Assembly: GCA_028534125.1 (NCBI GenBank)
Contig: CM052818.1
Span: forward strand, 33,792,001 to 33,856,000
Origin: Lama glama
Lineage: Eukaryota
Direction: 5' to 3'
DNA length: 64,000 nt
Shown here: positions 42,681 to 54,620 of the stretch, piece by piece
Layout of the letters: the number at the start of each line of letters is the position of its first letter
How positions within the stretch are numbered: position 1 is the stretch's first letter
Notes under the pieces: generated by a model
The model's input: only the letters and a program-made list of their open reading frames with translations
Told to the model about the DNA's origin: nothing
Database searches by the model: none
Position numbers and translations under genes: made by a program

Positions 42681-44039
42681 AGACTTTAAGTTTCCAGTTT
42701 TCATTTCATTCACATGGCTCAAAGGCTCCATTCTCTGAGGCGCTGGATCTGACACAGGTATTTCTTTCAAGCACAAATAACTCGAGATACGGCTCTTATA
42801 GGAAAGAGTACTATAAAGTATAATTTACCCTATAATGTGTATTATTACACACGGACATGAGTACTTGAAGAAAAAATTCTCAAAAGCTAAATGTCACTAA
42901 CTTGTCCAGACAGTCACAGGACAACCACTTCCATATCTCTAAGAACGAAGGCTGTGAAGGTTTTGGAATCTGTGTGTGTTGGGCTTAAGGAAGCACTCTC
43001 CAGAATGGAAATGATACTGTAAAGTAGATTTGCTCCTTTAAGTCAGTTCAATATACAGAAGCTTCTGATCAACGCTAATCTTTTGAAAAGCTCTTCTTTC
43101 TTTTTAGAACTCTTGGATGCCCCCTTCTGCCCATCTGTGTCTCCAACCAACACTATGCTTAACCCAAGTCAGGAGATTTTTATTAGGTGACATTCCAGTA
43201 AATATCAGAGGACAACAAAGCACTTCAGAGAAAGTCTGGCAAGATATTATTTCACCTGTTTTTTTTTCTAGGTCCTTGCCTACCACAGATTTCATTCAAT
43301 CAGCCAGGAAAGTTATTATCTACCTGTATATCATAAAACTTCAGTTACAGATAATTTTCCCCTGAAATGTAACTAATAAGATGGTAAGAAAGTTCATATG
43401 GTTACTTTCTAAAGCAACTTTATTTATAGAATGTTATCCTGAATTTGAACAGCCAAATAAAATTCCCAGTTAGATTATATGAAGAAATGCCAGTGGAATT
43501 CTAATACGGGAAGCCTGTAGCCAATGGGCCCTAAAAAAAGTTCTGGACCCAGGGTAGAGACAATCCACAGTAGGGCAAAAGAGACACCAAACCTTCATCA
43601 GTCAGAAAGATGCCCTTTGAATATGCTTGTCCTCTCCCTCTCCAAGCTCTCCCCAGTAGGCAAAGTGAAGGCTACCGAAGAGGAAACCTTTGCAACTCTG
43701 GGAGTTTTTGTCTCGGGGTCCTTCATAGGTTTAAATGAGATCACACATGAAAAAGGCCATTTATGCTCCAAAAGGGAATCTTCTCGACGCCTCCAGCCAC
43801 TCTAAGATGCATAATGTTCACTTCCGAGCAATATAGGTGGACCGCTGCAAAGTTTTTTCCTGTGAAGTTTTTCATTTGTTGGACTGCAGCCTCTCGGCAT
43901 TTCAACTCCTCAGCAACAGCTCGCAGGCCACAGGCCTCTCAGCTGCCCTCACCTTGAGCGGACCAAAGAGGGCCTGAGACCTGCAGGTCTGTCCAGTCAG
44001 ACATAAAGCAAGCTCGGGGAGGAATTTCACTCCAACAGG

Positions 44040-44850
44040 TCGCCCTGCCGGCTGTCTGTGAGCGGACGCCGGCCTGTGGGGCCAGCCCGGGAGCGCGCAG
44101 CAGCCACCTCATCAAAGGCCAGCCCGGCGGCGCCGTCAGGGGCGCAGGCCACGCCCCCGCGCAGTCTGCGCGCCGGCCCAGCGAGCAGGCGCGGCCCCGA
44201 CGCTGCGCTTCCGCAGGCCGCCGGGCCCGCGACCGCCGCCCCCGCCCCTGCGACCGCCGCCCCCGCCCCCGCCCCCGCCGCCGGCCCCGCCTCTCAACAG
44301 CCTGAGTTCGACACGAACGCCGGGCCTCGCGCCCAGCGCCGGCAGAATTCAGGGAGCGGGCGCCACCGCCGCTGCCGCCGCTCTGGGGCGGTCAGGGAGG
44401 GCCGGGCAGGGACTGTGGGGCCGAGGCGGCCCCTCGGCTCCGGCGGGCCAGGCCTTGGCCCCTCAGTGAGCAGAGCGGCCTCCAGACACCCGCCTGTCGG
44501 GATCCCACTGTCCGGGCCGCGGAGGCTGATACTCCGTCCTCTCGCCGAAACCCTCCCCCCGCTTCGTCCCCTCGGCGCTCACCTCCCGACTCCGCTCCCC
44601 GCAGCCTGCCCTTCAGCTTCAGCTCGGGTTCCGGGGCCCCGGATCAGAAAGACTCCCTCACAGCTGCGCTCCGCGGCGCAACCGAACTGCGGGCCCCGCC
44701 CTCGCGGCGTCCGGACCAACAGATGGGCGGTGCCGCACTGCCGTTGGGCTTCCATTGGACAAGGCGGTCAGCGTGGGCGGTGCCCCAGCTAGACGGTCGC
44801 TTGTAGGGACGGTTTTCAACCCCGTCTCCTCCCCTAGAGCCTGTCCGGCT
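44040..44850. promoter_or_regulatory. NRBP1 CpG-island promoter
   Basis: Very GC/CpG-rich, multiple Sp1 GC boxes, CCAAT on the minus strand near 44755. Confidence 0.85.
44583..44690 (-). other. NRBP1: NRBP1 non-coding first exon (TSS approximate)
   Basis: Donor GGGAG|GTGAGC at 44582 inside the CpG island; joins the acceptor at 41886, 20 nt before the ATG. Resembles the recalled mammalian NRBP1 5'UTR. Confidence 0.75.
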
Positions 44851-46974
44851 GAGACCTCTTGGAGGATTCGGTATTTTCCGTCTCAACTGGGTCTTGTCCC
44901 TCTGTCCACTCCAGGTGCCCACGATAGTTCTGGGCGAAAGAAGGCCTTCCTCCTCCTCTTGAAGGCGCCATGACAGTTCTAGTCTGACTGAAAGACAAAA
45001 GGAGCGAAAGACGTAACCTCAATCCGAGAGGAGTGCCCACCCACTTTCATTATTTGGGGGTGAGACTGCGCAGGACACCAGTTCTTCAGGAAACTTTTAA
45101 AAAATTACTGAACACATTAATGCTGAAATTTTTGATGGTTTTCATAGTTGAAGTAGTTGAAAATAAAAACAGCATTTAATAGTTAATGCTTCGTAATTGA
45201 ATAGTACTGATATTTGCCAAAATTTTGCGAGAGGTATTCACAGATGTTCTCTCATTTGATCCTCATGAAAAATTGAAATGACCATTCAAAATAGTTGACA
45301 AATGCAAAAATACTGAGTTAGAGGCATTAAGCTATTAACCGAAAATTGCTGAGAACCAAATCTAGAATCCGAAATAGTAAGATTCATTGAAGACTTCCTT
45401 GAAGATACTTGGAAAGAATTTGAATTAGTGACCGCGAGGAGGTGCAAAGATTCTAGGTGAGCCCATTGATCTTAGAAAATTAAACCCGGAGCGCAAAGAA
45501 AAGACAGTAACCTTGACCCTAGACTCGAATTATGGAGAGAGGAGGATGAATCAGTCATTAGAACTTGTAAATGTCGTAATCATCAAATTTCACTGTCCTT
45601 ACGGGGAATCTCTAATCCTATTTAACTGAAAGAATAATATCTGGCAGAAGCCCTCTCACTTTTTGGCTCTTCTCAAAATATTTTTTAAAATCAAACTTGC
45701 ATCCTTCCTTGATTGTTTTCACCTTTGAAAGAGAGGGCTCAAACACTTCTAGAAACTTGATGAAAGCTATGGACCTTGTTTTGGATATTTTAAAAAGACA
45801 TCTGCCAACCAACTGTAGCATATCATTTCAGAGAGTGAAGGTTAAGAATCTTTGTTCTAATCTCAAAGACTGTTCCTCCTCTCCAGATTAACTTTTTCAC
45901 TCTGTAGCCTCCAAAGCAATTGGAACACCTGGCCCCTGGTAAACATTCATCAAATATCAGTTGATATTATTATTATAGTTTGCCATTTTCTTCTGTCTGA
46001 GCCTTACTCTCATCAACCATTCCCTTTCAACTCACTCCTTTCAACTTGTTCTTCCTTTCAAATCTGCAGAGAGGACCCACTGGCATCCTCAAGCTCCCAT
46101 TTTATTTTCATTCGTGTTTAAAATGTTCAAATACTGCCTGCATTTTCACCATATCATTTTTTTACTATCTTTTTTCCTGCTTTAAAAAATATATGCCAAA
46201 TATATAGATAGATATGCTTACTGTAAAAAATCAAAATTTCAAAAATATTTAACATAGTGTAACAATTTTGTACAGTAGCTTCTATGTGCTATATGCCACT
46301 GTTTTAATTGCCTTATGACATATTAACTCATTTAATCCTCACCACAATCCTATGAATATTGTGGATTAACAATTGCTGTAGAAAGTGAAAATCTCTTGTA
46401 ATATTACTTCACAAAATAATTGAGACTTTGATGTATATTTCTCCATAGTTCTTTTTCTATCTGTATAATACATGTGTATATAATTTAAAATAACAGCAAG
46501 CTTATGCCACATAATCTTCAATTTACTCTTTTCACTTTTTTCCAGGGTAGCACATATAGCATTACTTTAATTTTTTAACCACTGTAGAGTATTCCATTAC
46601 CCAAATGTGCCAATGTTTAATTAATAACTACCAGGGGACATTGAAATCATTTCCAATATTTATTAATATAAATAAAGCTGTAATGAACATCCTGCTAGAT
46701 ACATCTTTGCCTACTCTTGAAAATGATTTTCATACATTCTTAAAAGTGGAATTGCTAAGTCAAAGACTAAAAATGTTTCGAGTAGATATTGCCAAGTTGC
46801 TCTTCAAAAAGTTATCAAATAACTACCACAAAGAGTATGTTAGTGTTCCCACTTCTCAACATTCTTATCTACTTTGGATATTACCAATCTTTTCAACTTT
46901 GGTGCTATATCAAGAAAAAAAGATATCCAGATGTTTTAATTCACATATATTTAATTAGTAGTGAAGTTACACAT

Positions 46975-48345
46975 CCTTTTTTTTAGGAACAGTTATGCAT
47001 TTACAACAAAACTAAGAGGAAGGTACAGAGGTTTCCCATATATCCCTCTTCCTCCCATTTTGCACAGCCTCCTCCATCATCAACATCACCAGAATGGTAT
47101 ATGTTTTACTAAGGATAAATCTACATTGACCCATCATAATCACCCAAAGCCCATAGTTTACCTTAAGGTTCATTCTTGGTGTTGTACATTCTGTGCATCT
47201 GGACAAACATATAATGGCATATATCCATCATGATAATATCATACAGAGTGTTTTTACTACCCTAAAAATCCTCTGTGCTCTGCATACCCATCCCTGGCAA
47301 CCACTAATCTTGTTACTGTCTCCATAGTTTTGCCTTTTTCAGAATGGCATATAGTTGGGATCAAAGAGTATGTAGCTTTCTCACATTGGCTTCTTATACT
47401 TAGTAATATACCTTTAAATTTCCTCCATATCTTTTTAAGTCTTGATAGATTATTTCCTTTTAGTGCTAAATAATATTCAATTGTCTGGATATACCACAGT
47501 TTATCCATTTACCTGTTGAAGAACATCTAGGTTGCTTCCAGATTTTGGCAATTGTGAATAAAGTTCCTATAAACATCTGTGTGCAGGTTTTTGTGTGGAC
47601 ACAGGTTTTCAGCTCCCTTGAGGAAATACCAAGGAGTGCAATTTCTAGATCGTACATTAAGAGTATGTTTAGTTTTATAAGAAACCACCAAACAGCCATC
47701 CAAAGTGTTTATACTATTTTTCACTCCCACTAGCAATATATGAGAGTTCCTGTTGCTCCACACTCTTCACCAGCATTTGTGTTGTGTTCTGTTTTAGGCT
47801 ATTCTAATAGGTGTGTAATGGTATCTTATTGTTTTGTCATTTCCCTGATGACTCATGATGTGGAGCATCTTTTTATATGCTTATTTGCCATCTGTATATC
47901 TTCTCTGGCAAGGTGTCTGTTAAAGTCTTTGGCCCATTTTTTGCTTGGGTTTTCTTATTGTTGAGTTTCAAGGGTTCTTTATGTATTTTGGATAACAGTC
48001 CTTTATCATATGTCTATTTTGCAAGTATTTTCTCCCAGTTTGTGGCTTGTCTTCTAATTTTCTTGACATTGTCTTTCACAGAACAGAAATTTTAAATTTT
48101 ACTGAAGTCCAGCTTATTAATCATTTCTTTTATGGATCATGTCTTTGGTGTATCTGAAAAGGCAACACCTTACCCAAGGTCATCTAGGTTTTCTCCTATA
48201 TTATCTTCTAGGAGTTTTGTAGTTTTGCATTTCACATTTAGGTCTATGATCCATTATGAATTAATTTTCATGAAGTGTGTAAGGTTCTTGTTGAGATTTT
48301 TTTTTTTATATGTGGATGCCCAGTTGTTCCAGCACCAGTTTTCGT
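46975..48345 (-). mobile_element. L1MC-type LINE 3' part, flanked by older L1 fragments (about 46380-46970)
   Basis: ORF2-like peptides on the minus strand ([39 protein letters not shown]) and an L1MC1-like 3'UTR. Confidence 0.85.
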
Positions 48346-48654
48346 ATGTTTATTACCCAATTGCATTTCCTTTTCAGTTTCTTGCCTGTACATGTTCTTT
48401 ACTTATGTTATTTACTGGAATAATCATTTTTTTCTTATTGGCTTGTAAGAGCTATTTGTATATTAGGAAAATCCTATTGTCTTCCCAATATCCTACAATG
48501 TGAATCCAATCTTTTCTCTATCTCTACCAAAACTTCACTCTCAGTTTATTGTAATCCTCTATTCTGCAAGCCTTTTCTTATTCCCTATTCTGCATGACCT
48601 CTTTAAAATTTGGAACCACTGAACAGCATGTTATTTAAACTCCTCTCTTAACTT

Positions 48655-48827
48655 TTTTTAAAACTTTTATTTATTTTTTTTAATCAGTCTTTTTGGGGGG
48701 AGAGGATAAGCAGGTTTGTGTGTGTGTGTGTGTGTGTATTTCTTTATTTAATGGAGATACTGGGGATTGAACCCAGGACCTTGTGCATGCTAAGCATGTG
48801 CTCTACCATTGAGCTATATCCTCCCTC
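48655..48827 (-). mobile_element. tRNA-derived SINE (vic-1-like) with (TG)n in its tail
   Basis: Reverse complement reads gagggaggatatagctcaatggtagagcacatgcttagcatgcacaaggtcctgggttcaatcccc (A and B boxes); same family as 51160. Confidence 0.85.
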
Positions 48828-49325
48828 ACTCTTACTTTTCATAATACAAGTTTATTTCCTTTTTCTCTCAACTTCTTACCCTATTTTTTCTCCTTTATCT
48901 TTACTTTTTGTTCTTCCCTCCTATTAATGTGCCTGTCAATATGCCCAAAATTATAGTCTTTGTTCTCTCTACACCATCCTTTAGAAAATACGTCCATTGA
49001 TGAGCTTCCAGTATATCACCAGAATGATAGTTATATTATCTCTAGCACTTCTTACCCAAGCTCCAAGATAATATTGGATGCTATGCTGTCATTTCAAACT
49101 TAATTTGCCTAAAGATTTCCATTTCAGATTAGTAATCTACCTTAAGAACTAATTTATTGGAAATAGAAGCCAGATGTCTGGGTGACAGGGTGGAAGGGAG
49201 AATTATTTTATACACATTTATGCCTTTGAACTTGGTGCCACGTGTACATGTTTTTTATTCAAAAAAGAAACAACATTTAACAAAGAAACAGTTTATTAAA
49301 TAATACAGAATAAAGAAAGGCAATG

Positions 49326-50267
49326 ACAACATAATGCCATTTGCAGCAACATGGATGCTCCTAGAGAAAGTCATTCTAAGTGAAGTAAGCCAGAAAGAGA
49401 AAGAAAAATACCATATGAGATCGCTCATATGTGGAATCTAAAAAACAAAAACAAAAACAAACAAACAAAAACAAAGCATAAATACAGGACAGGAATAGAC
49501 TCATGGACAGAGAATACAGACTTGTGGTTACCAGGGGGGTAGAGGGTGGGAAGGGATAGACTGGGATTTCAAAATTGTAGANNNNNNNNNNNNNNNNNNN
49601 NNNNNNNNNNNNNNNNNNNNNNNNNNNNNNNNNNNNNNNNNNNNNNNNNNNNNNNNNNNNNNNNNNNNNNNNNNNNNNNNNNNNNNNNNNNNNNNNNNNN
49701 NNNNNNNNNNNNNNNNNNNNNNNNNNNNNNNNNNNNNNNNNNNNNNNNNNNNNNNNNNNNNNNNNNNNNNNNNNNNNNNNNNNNNNNNNNNNNNNNNNNN
49801 NNNNNNNNNNNNNNNNNNNNNNNNNNNNNNNNNNNNNNNNNNNNNNNNNNNNNNNNNNNNNNNNNNNNNNNNNNNNNNNNNNNNNNNNNNNNNNNNNNNN
49901 NNNNNNNNNNNNNNNNNNNNNNNNNNNNNNNNNNNNNNNNNNNNNNNNNNNNNNNNNNNNNNNNNNNNNNNNNNNNNNNNNNNNNNNNNNNNNNNNNNNN
50001 NNNNNNNNNNNNNNNNNNNNNNNNNNNNNNNNNNNNNNNNNNNNNNNNNNNNNNNNNNNNNNNNNNNNNNNNNNNNNNNNNTAGATAAACAAGATTACAC
50101 TGTATAGCACAGGGAAATATACACAAAATGTTATGATAAATCACAGAGAAAAAAATGTGACAATGAGTGTGTGTATGTCCATGAATGACTGAAAAATTGT
50201 GCTGAACACTGGAACTTGACACAACATTGTAAAATGATTATAAATCAATACAAATGTTAAAAAAAAA
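49326..50267 (+). mobile_element. Young short L1 3' end (same family as 4417-5991), spanning a gap
   Basis: ORF2 end + 3'UTR + poly(A); 14-bp TSD AAAGAAAGGCAATG at 49312-49325 and 50268-50281. Confidence 0.92.
49582..50081. other. Assembly gap (500 N)
   Basis: Run of N. Confidence 1.
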
Positions 50268-50789
50268 AAAGAAAGGCAATGCCTTGAGACACCCCAAACC
50301 TATATGGCTAATTCTTAGTTTCCCAAGTGACCGGCTGACCTCATCTCCCAAGTGGACTATAGCTTGGATTGTGACATGCTGGTTGCATAACTCTATAAAT
50401 TTACTAAAAATCATTGAATTAACAGTGAGTGAGTCTTATGATGTGAAAATCATACCTCAGTAAAGCTGTCCAGAATCTTTTCAGATCTTGGTTTCCATAG
50501 ACTAGGGCAATTAGAAACTCTATTGGATTTCTGCTCAAAGCTTTTCTTCCTCAAAAAGAAAAAGACAAGACAAAACACTTTTCTTCCTCAATGTGAGACT
50601 CACTAGTCACGCCTCCAATCTGATCATTCTTCTAGGAATGTGATGTGGATTCTTCAAAAAGAATCTCTTTCAGAATGAATACATAATCAAAGGAACAAAA
50701 ATGTTTCTTTGCTTCAAGCTTGGCATTTACCTTTCTGTAGGACCTCTAACTAACAGAACTCTAGATTTCTTGATAATTGTAAATTGTCT

Positions 50790-50950
50790 GAAGTGCTTTA
50801 AAACAGACACATTCCCAGGACTCTACCTGATTAATGGAACATGAACCTTAGAGACCAGGAGGACTTAAGTATCTGTACACTTAGAATCTTCCCAGGTGAT
50901 TCTGATGCAGGTAGCCTGGCCTGTCATTAGGCTGAAAGGTGGTAACCATC
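50790..50950. mobile_element. MER5-type hAT MITE remnant
   Basis: cccaggtgattctgatgcag signature. Confidence 0.6.
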
Positions 50951-51159
50951 ATCCTAGCTCACACTTATCCCTGTCTCTGGGCATTGCCTCATAACTTATA
51001 CCTCTGAGCTTCATTATTTAAGTTATGAAATGGGAACATGATTTAGCTCTATACCTCTATGTCATAAGACATTGAGTCAACTTCTAAGATAAACATAATA
51101 GATAAATAGGGGCATTGGGGAATAAAAATATAGCTCATCTAAATTAAGACTTCATCTGA

Positions 51160-51293
51160 GGGGGAGGGTATAGCTCAGTGGTAGAGTGGATGCCTAGCAT
51201 GCATAAGGTCCTGGGTTCAATCCCTAGTCCCTCCATTAAATAAGTAAATAAATAAACCTAATTACCTGCCCCACCCAAACCACAAACAAACAA
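51160..51293 (+). mobile_element. tRNA-derived SINE (vic-1-like, camelid)
   Basis: ggggagggtatagctcagtggtagag..ggtcctgggttcaatccc..aaataaataaacctaattacc; 14-bp TSD AAGA(C/A)TTCATCTGA at 51146-51159 and 51294-51307. Confidence 0.88.
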
Positions 51294-51905
51294 AAGAATT
51301 CATCTGAAATTACTTGATTTCCACAATTGTATTCACTACGTTCAAATCAAATTCATTTGATATTTACTTTGCTCTGTGGTTTTTTTTTTGGCATAAAGGT
51401 AATACTGTTTTATCTCATAGGGATGTTGTGAGTTTAAAATAACTATCAGGTCATTCCACAGCTTTTTCTGGGTTGAAACCCCTAATGTAAACCTTTTGCT
51501 TGTTTTCATATACTTAATTTATTTCTGTTGTGGCAACTTTCCTAAATCTAAAATTATTTCCTAAAAAAACAGATTCTGAATTTGAGGAAAAGCCTTTGAA
51601 TATTCCTTTTAGGACTAGTAGTCTAACACTTCATTATTTCATAGCTCACAGCCAGGCTGGAATCAAAGAGTAAAATTAATTAAACAAATATTTATTGGCT
51701 TGTAAGAGCACGTCCTGGGTGCCATGCTGGTAGACAAATATATAAGATAAAGTTCCTGTCCTTAAACAACTCTTACTTGAGAAGATATCTGTGTAAATAA
51801 AAAAGTGAAAATATCTAACAAATACAACAGAAGTATGTATAAAGTTCCATAGGCTGAATAGAGAAGGACCTGACTGACTTCATAAAGGAAAAATACAGGG
51901 GAAGC

Positions 51906-52372
51906 TGTGGTACGCTGAAAAACAGCCTCCAAAGATACCCACATCCAGATCCCTGGAATCTGTGAATGTTATCTCATATGGCAAAAGAGATTTTACAGAT
52001 GTGATTAAACATTTTGAGATGGAGAGATTATCCTGGATTATCAGGACAGGCCCTAAGTGTAATCACAAGTGCCCATAAAAGAGTGAGGCAGAGGGAAATT
52101 TGACTACAGAAGAGAAAGAAATGTAACCACAGAAGCAAGAGGTTGTAGTTATGCCAAGGAATGCAGGCAGCCTCTAGAAGCTAGAAAAGGCAAGGAAATG
52201 GATTCTTCCCTAGAGCCCCTAGAAGGAACCTGGACTGCTGATACCTTAACTTTAAACCAGTGAAACCAATTTCAGACATGTGGCCTCCAGAACTGTAAGA
52301 GAATAAATCTGTGTGGTTTTAAGCCACAAAGTTTGTGGTAATTTGTTTTAGCAGTGATAGGAAATTAATACA
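51906..52372 (+). mobile_element. MaLR solo LTR (MLT1, probably MLT1D-like)
   Basis: TG...CA ends; ggcaaaagagattttacagatgtgattaa, cctccagaactgtaagagaataaat, gtttgtggtaatttgtt. Confidence 0.88.
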
Positions 52373-52697
52373 TAAAGTATTAAAACAAGATTGATGTCTG
52401 CCCCATCTGGGTTTTAAAGGATGAATAGAAATGTTAAGGCATGGAAGAACAGTCCAGAGAAGACTGAACTGTCCATTTTTACTGACTTCCCAGTCTCAGA
52501 AGATAGGGAATTGGACCATAAAATTTATGATTTTCCACTCCAACTTTTGTGACTTACACCTCAGTTTTTAAGCAATAAGAGTTGAAGATTTCCAACATTT
52601 CCACCTCACCTCTGGCTTTTCATTTTCAAATTTAATCTTTGTTTTCACAAAGTTTCCTACATCAAGAGAGAAGAGACTCCCTAGGAAAAATATTCTT

Positions 52698-53017
52698 TTT
52701 TTTAATTCTTATTTTTTATTGATGTGTAGTTGATTTACAATGTTAGTTTCAGGTGTACAGCAAAGTGATTCAATATATATATATTCTTTTCCATTACAGC
52801 TCACAACAAGAAATTGAATATAGTTCCCTGTGTTATACAGTAGGTCTTGTTTGTTTACTAATTTTATATAGAGTCATGTGTATGTAATAACTCCAAACTC
52901 CTAATCTATCCCTCCTCCCACTCTTCCCCCCTCCCCTTGGTAACCACAGTTTGTTTTCTATATCTGTGAGTCTATTAGCCTATTTCTGGTTTGTAAATAA
53001 AATTATTAATATTATTT
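52698..53017 (-). mobile_element. Short L1 3' end
   Basis: 16-bp TSD TAGGAAAAATATTCTT at 52682-52697 and 53018-53033; 3'UTR similar to the 23888 element. Confidence 0.88.
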
Positions 53018-53212
53018 TAGGAAAAATATTCTTAAGAGAGTAAATGACAAAATTAGAGAGAGAATCTGATAAGGACACTTGTTTATTATTGGAGGAAGCT
53101 TGGGAAGAAAGTGACAAAACCCTCTCCAAGAACAAGAAAAAGAACTCCTTGGCTGATTTGCTTGTGACTAAGAGAAACAAAACAGTGAAAATTAAAAGTT
53201 AGTAAGAGCTCT

Positions 53213-53385
53213 GGAATACTACTTAGCCATAAAGAAGAATAAAATAATGCCATTTGCAGCAACATAGATGGACCTGGAGATCGTCGTTCTAAGTGAAGTG
53301 GGCCAGAAAGAGAAAGAAAAATGCCATATGATATCACTTATATCTGGAATCTAAAAAAAAAAAAAGGACACAAATGAACTATTTA
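53213..53385 (+). mobile_element. L1 ORF2-end fragment
   Basis: ataatgccatttgcagcaacatagatggacctggag..ctaagtgaagt..ggaatctaaaaa. Confidence 0.85.
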
Positions 53386-53619
53386 TTGTTTACAACTTAG
53401 ATGACTGATTTCTTGAATATGTGTAAGCACATTTGACTACCATTTATGATTGGATTACTGCATTCTGTTGATTCTTATTTTGTGGTTGGCTTTATTCCTT
53501 TGATAACTATGTAGGTTTAAAAAGCTAGAGCTCTAAACTCTTCTTAGAAACAATGAACAGTACATATATGTAAATTTTTAAAAATATGTGCAGTTAAAGA
53601 AAAAGTAAGAGCTCTAAAC

Positions 53620-54620
53620 TGGGTATAATTGAAGAGAGAATAAATTAATTCACCCAAAGTGCAGCACAAAGATACAAGCAGATAGTTAAGAGACAGGATA
53701 GATGGAGAGACCCAGCACGTATAATGAAAGTTCTAGAAGGAAATAAACAGAATGATGGTGAAACGGCCTTTGAAAACATGAGATAAGAATTTTTAAATAT
53801 TATTGAAAGACATAAGTCCTCAAATTTTAAAAATAAGTTTTTAGTGCTAATAAAATAAACACATGCTGAGGCGCATTATAGGGATATTTACACATTAAAG
53901 AGAAAATTGTAAAAGCTACCAGTGATGAGAGGAAAAAACAGATTACCTACAAAATAACAGTAAGAATAATAAAAGACTTCCCTGTAAACCTAGAATTTTA
54001 TCCCCAGTCAGAATATCATTAAAGAGTGAAGGCAAAATACATTTTGATATACCAGAAACAATTAAGGACTTAAAAAAAATTACCCATACAGTCTCACTGA
54101 AAAAACATATTTATAAATAACAATTTATAAAATTGCTTGGGAAAACTTCCACTTCTGGCCATGATGGTGCAAAAGGACCACTTTCACCCTCCTGCCTTAA
54201 TCATCTAGAAAACTGGACAAAATGTATGAAGCAATAGTTATTAAATATTGGACAACAAGCAGCACAGGATAGTGATCCCTGAGAGAAGGAAAACAAATGA
54301 AGTGAATTCTATGAGTACCCCAGCTTATAGCTGAGAAAGAGTTTTCAGGCCACTTTGTAGAGAGAGGAAATACAAATAGAGCCTGACAGTCTCATTGCAT
54401 TGAGAAGATGGAGTTCAGGGAGGCCAAGGTGGCCAACATTTTCAGGGCAAAGTGCCAGAAAGGATGGAGATACACACAGAGAACTATGAAGCTCTGCAGA
54501 AGGATCCTCTTAAGATCTTGGCTGTGTACTAAGCTAAACATAATCATCATAAAACTATCAAGATTGAGGAAAGAACCATTTGAGAGGAAAGAACCAATGA
54601 GCGAGCCATTTTGGTGGACA
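53620..54620 (+). mobile_element. Ancient L1 ORF1 and 5'-region fragments
   Basis: aacctagaattttatccccagtcagaatatcattaaagagtgaaggc resembles the ORF1 C-terminal PRILYP..GE segment; an L1M 5'-like stretch starts near 54145. Confidence 0.55.

Noticed and set aside
44058..44792. 244-aa Ala/Pro/Arg-rich ORF antisense to NRBP1
   Set aside because: Low-complexity product typical of a CpG island, non-ATG start, no recognisable domain.
50541..50591. 14-bp direct repeat CTTTTCTTCCTCAA around an A-rich filler
   Set aside because: Too short and low-complexity to interpret; probably a small repair duplication.
51160..51235. Possible tRNA gene
   Set aside because: It has a SINE tail and TSD, and a second diverged copy exists, so it is a tRNA-derived SINE.
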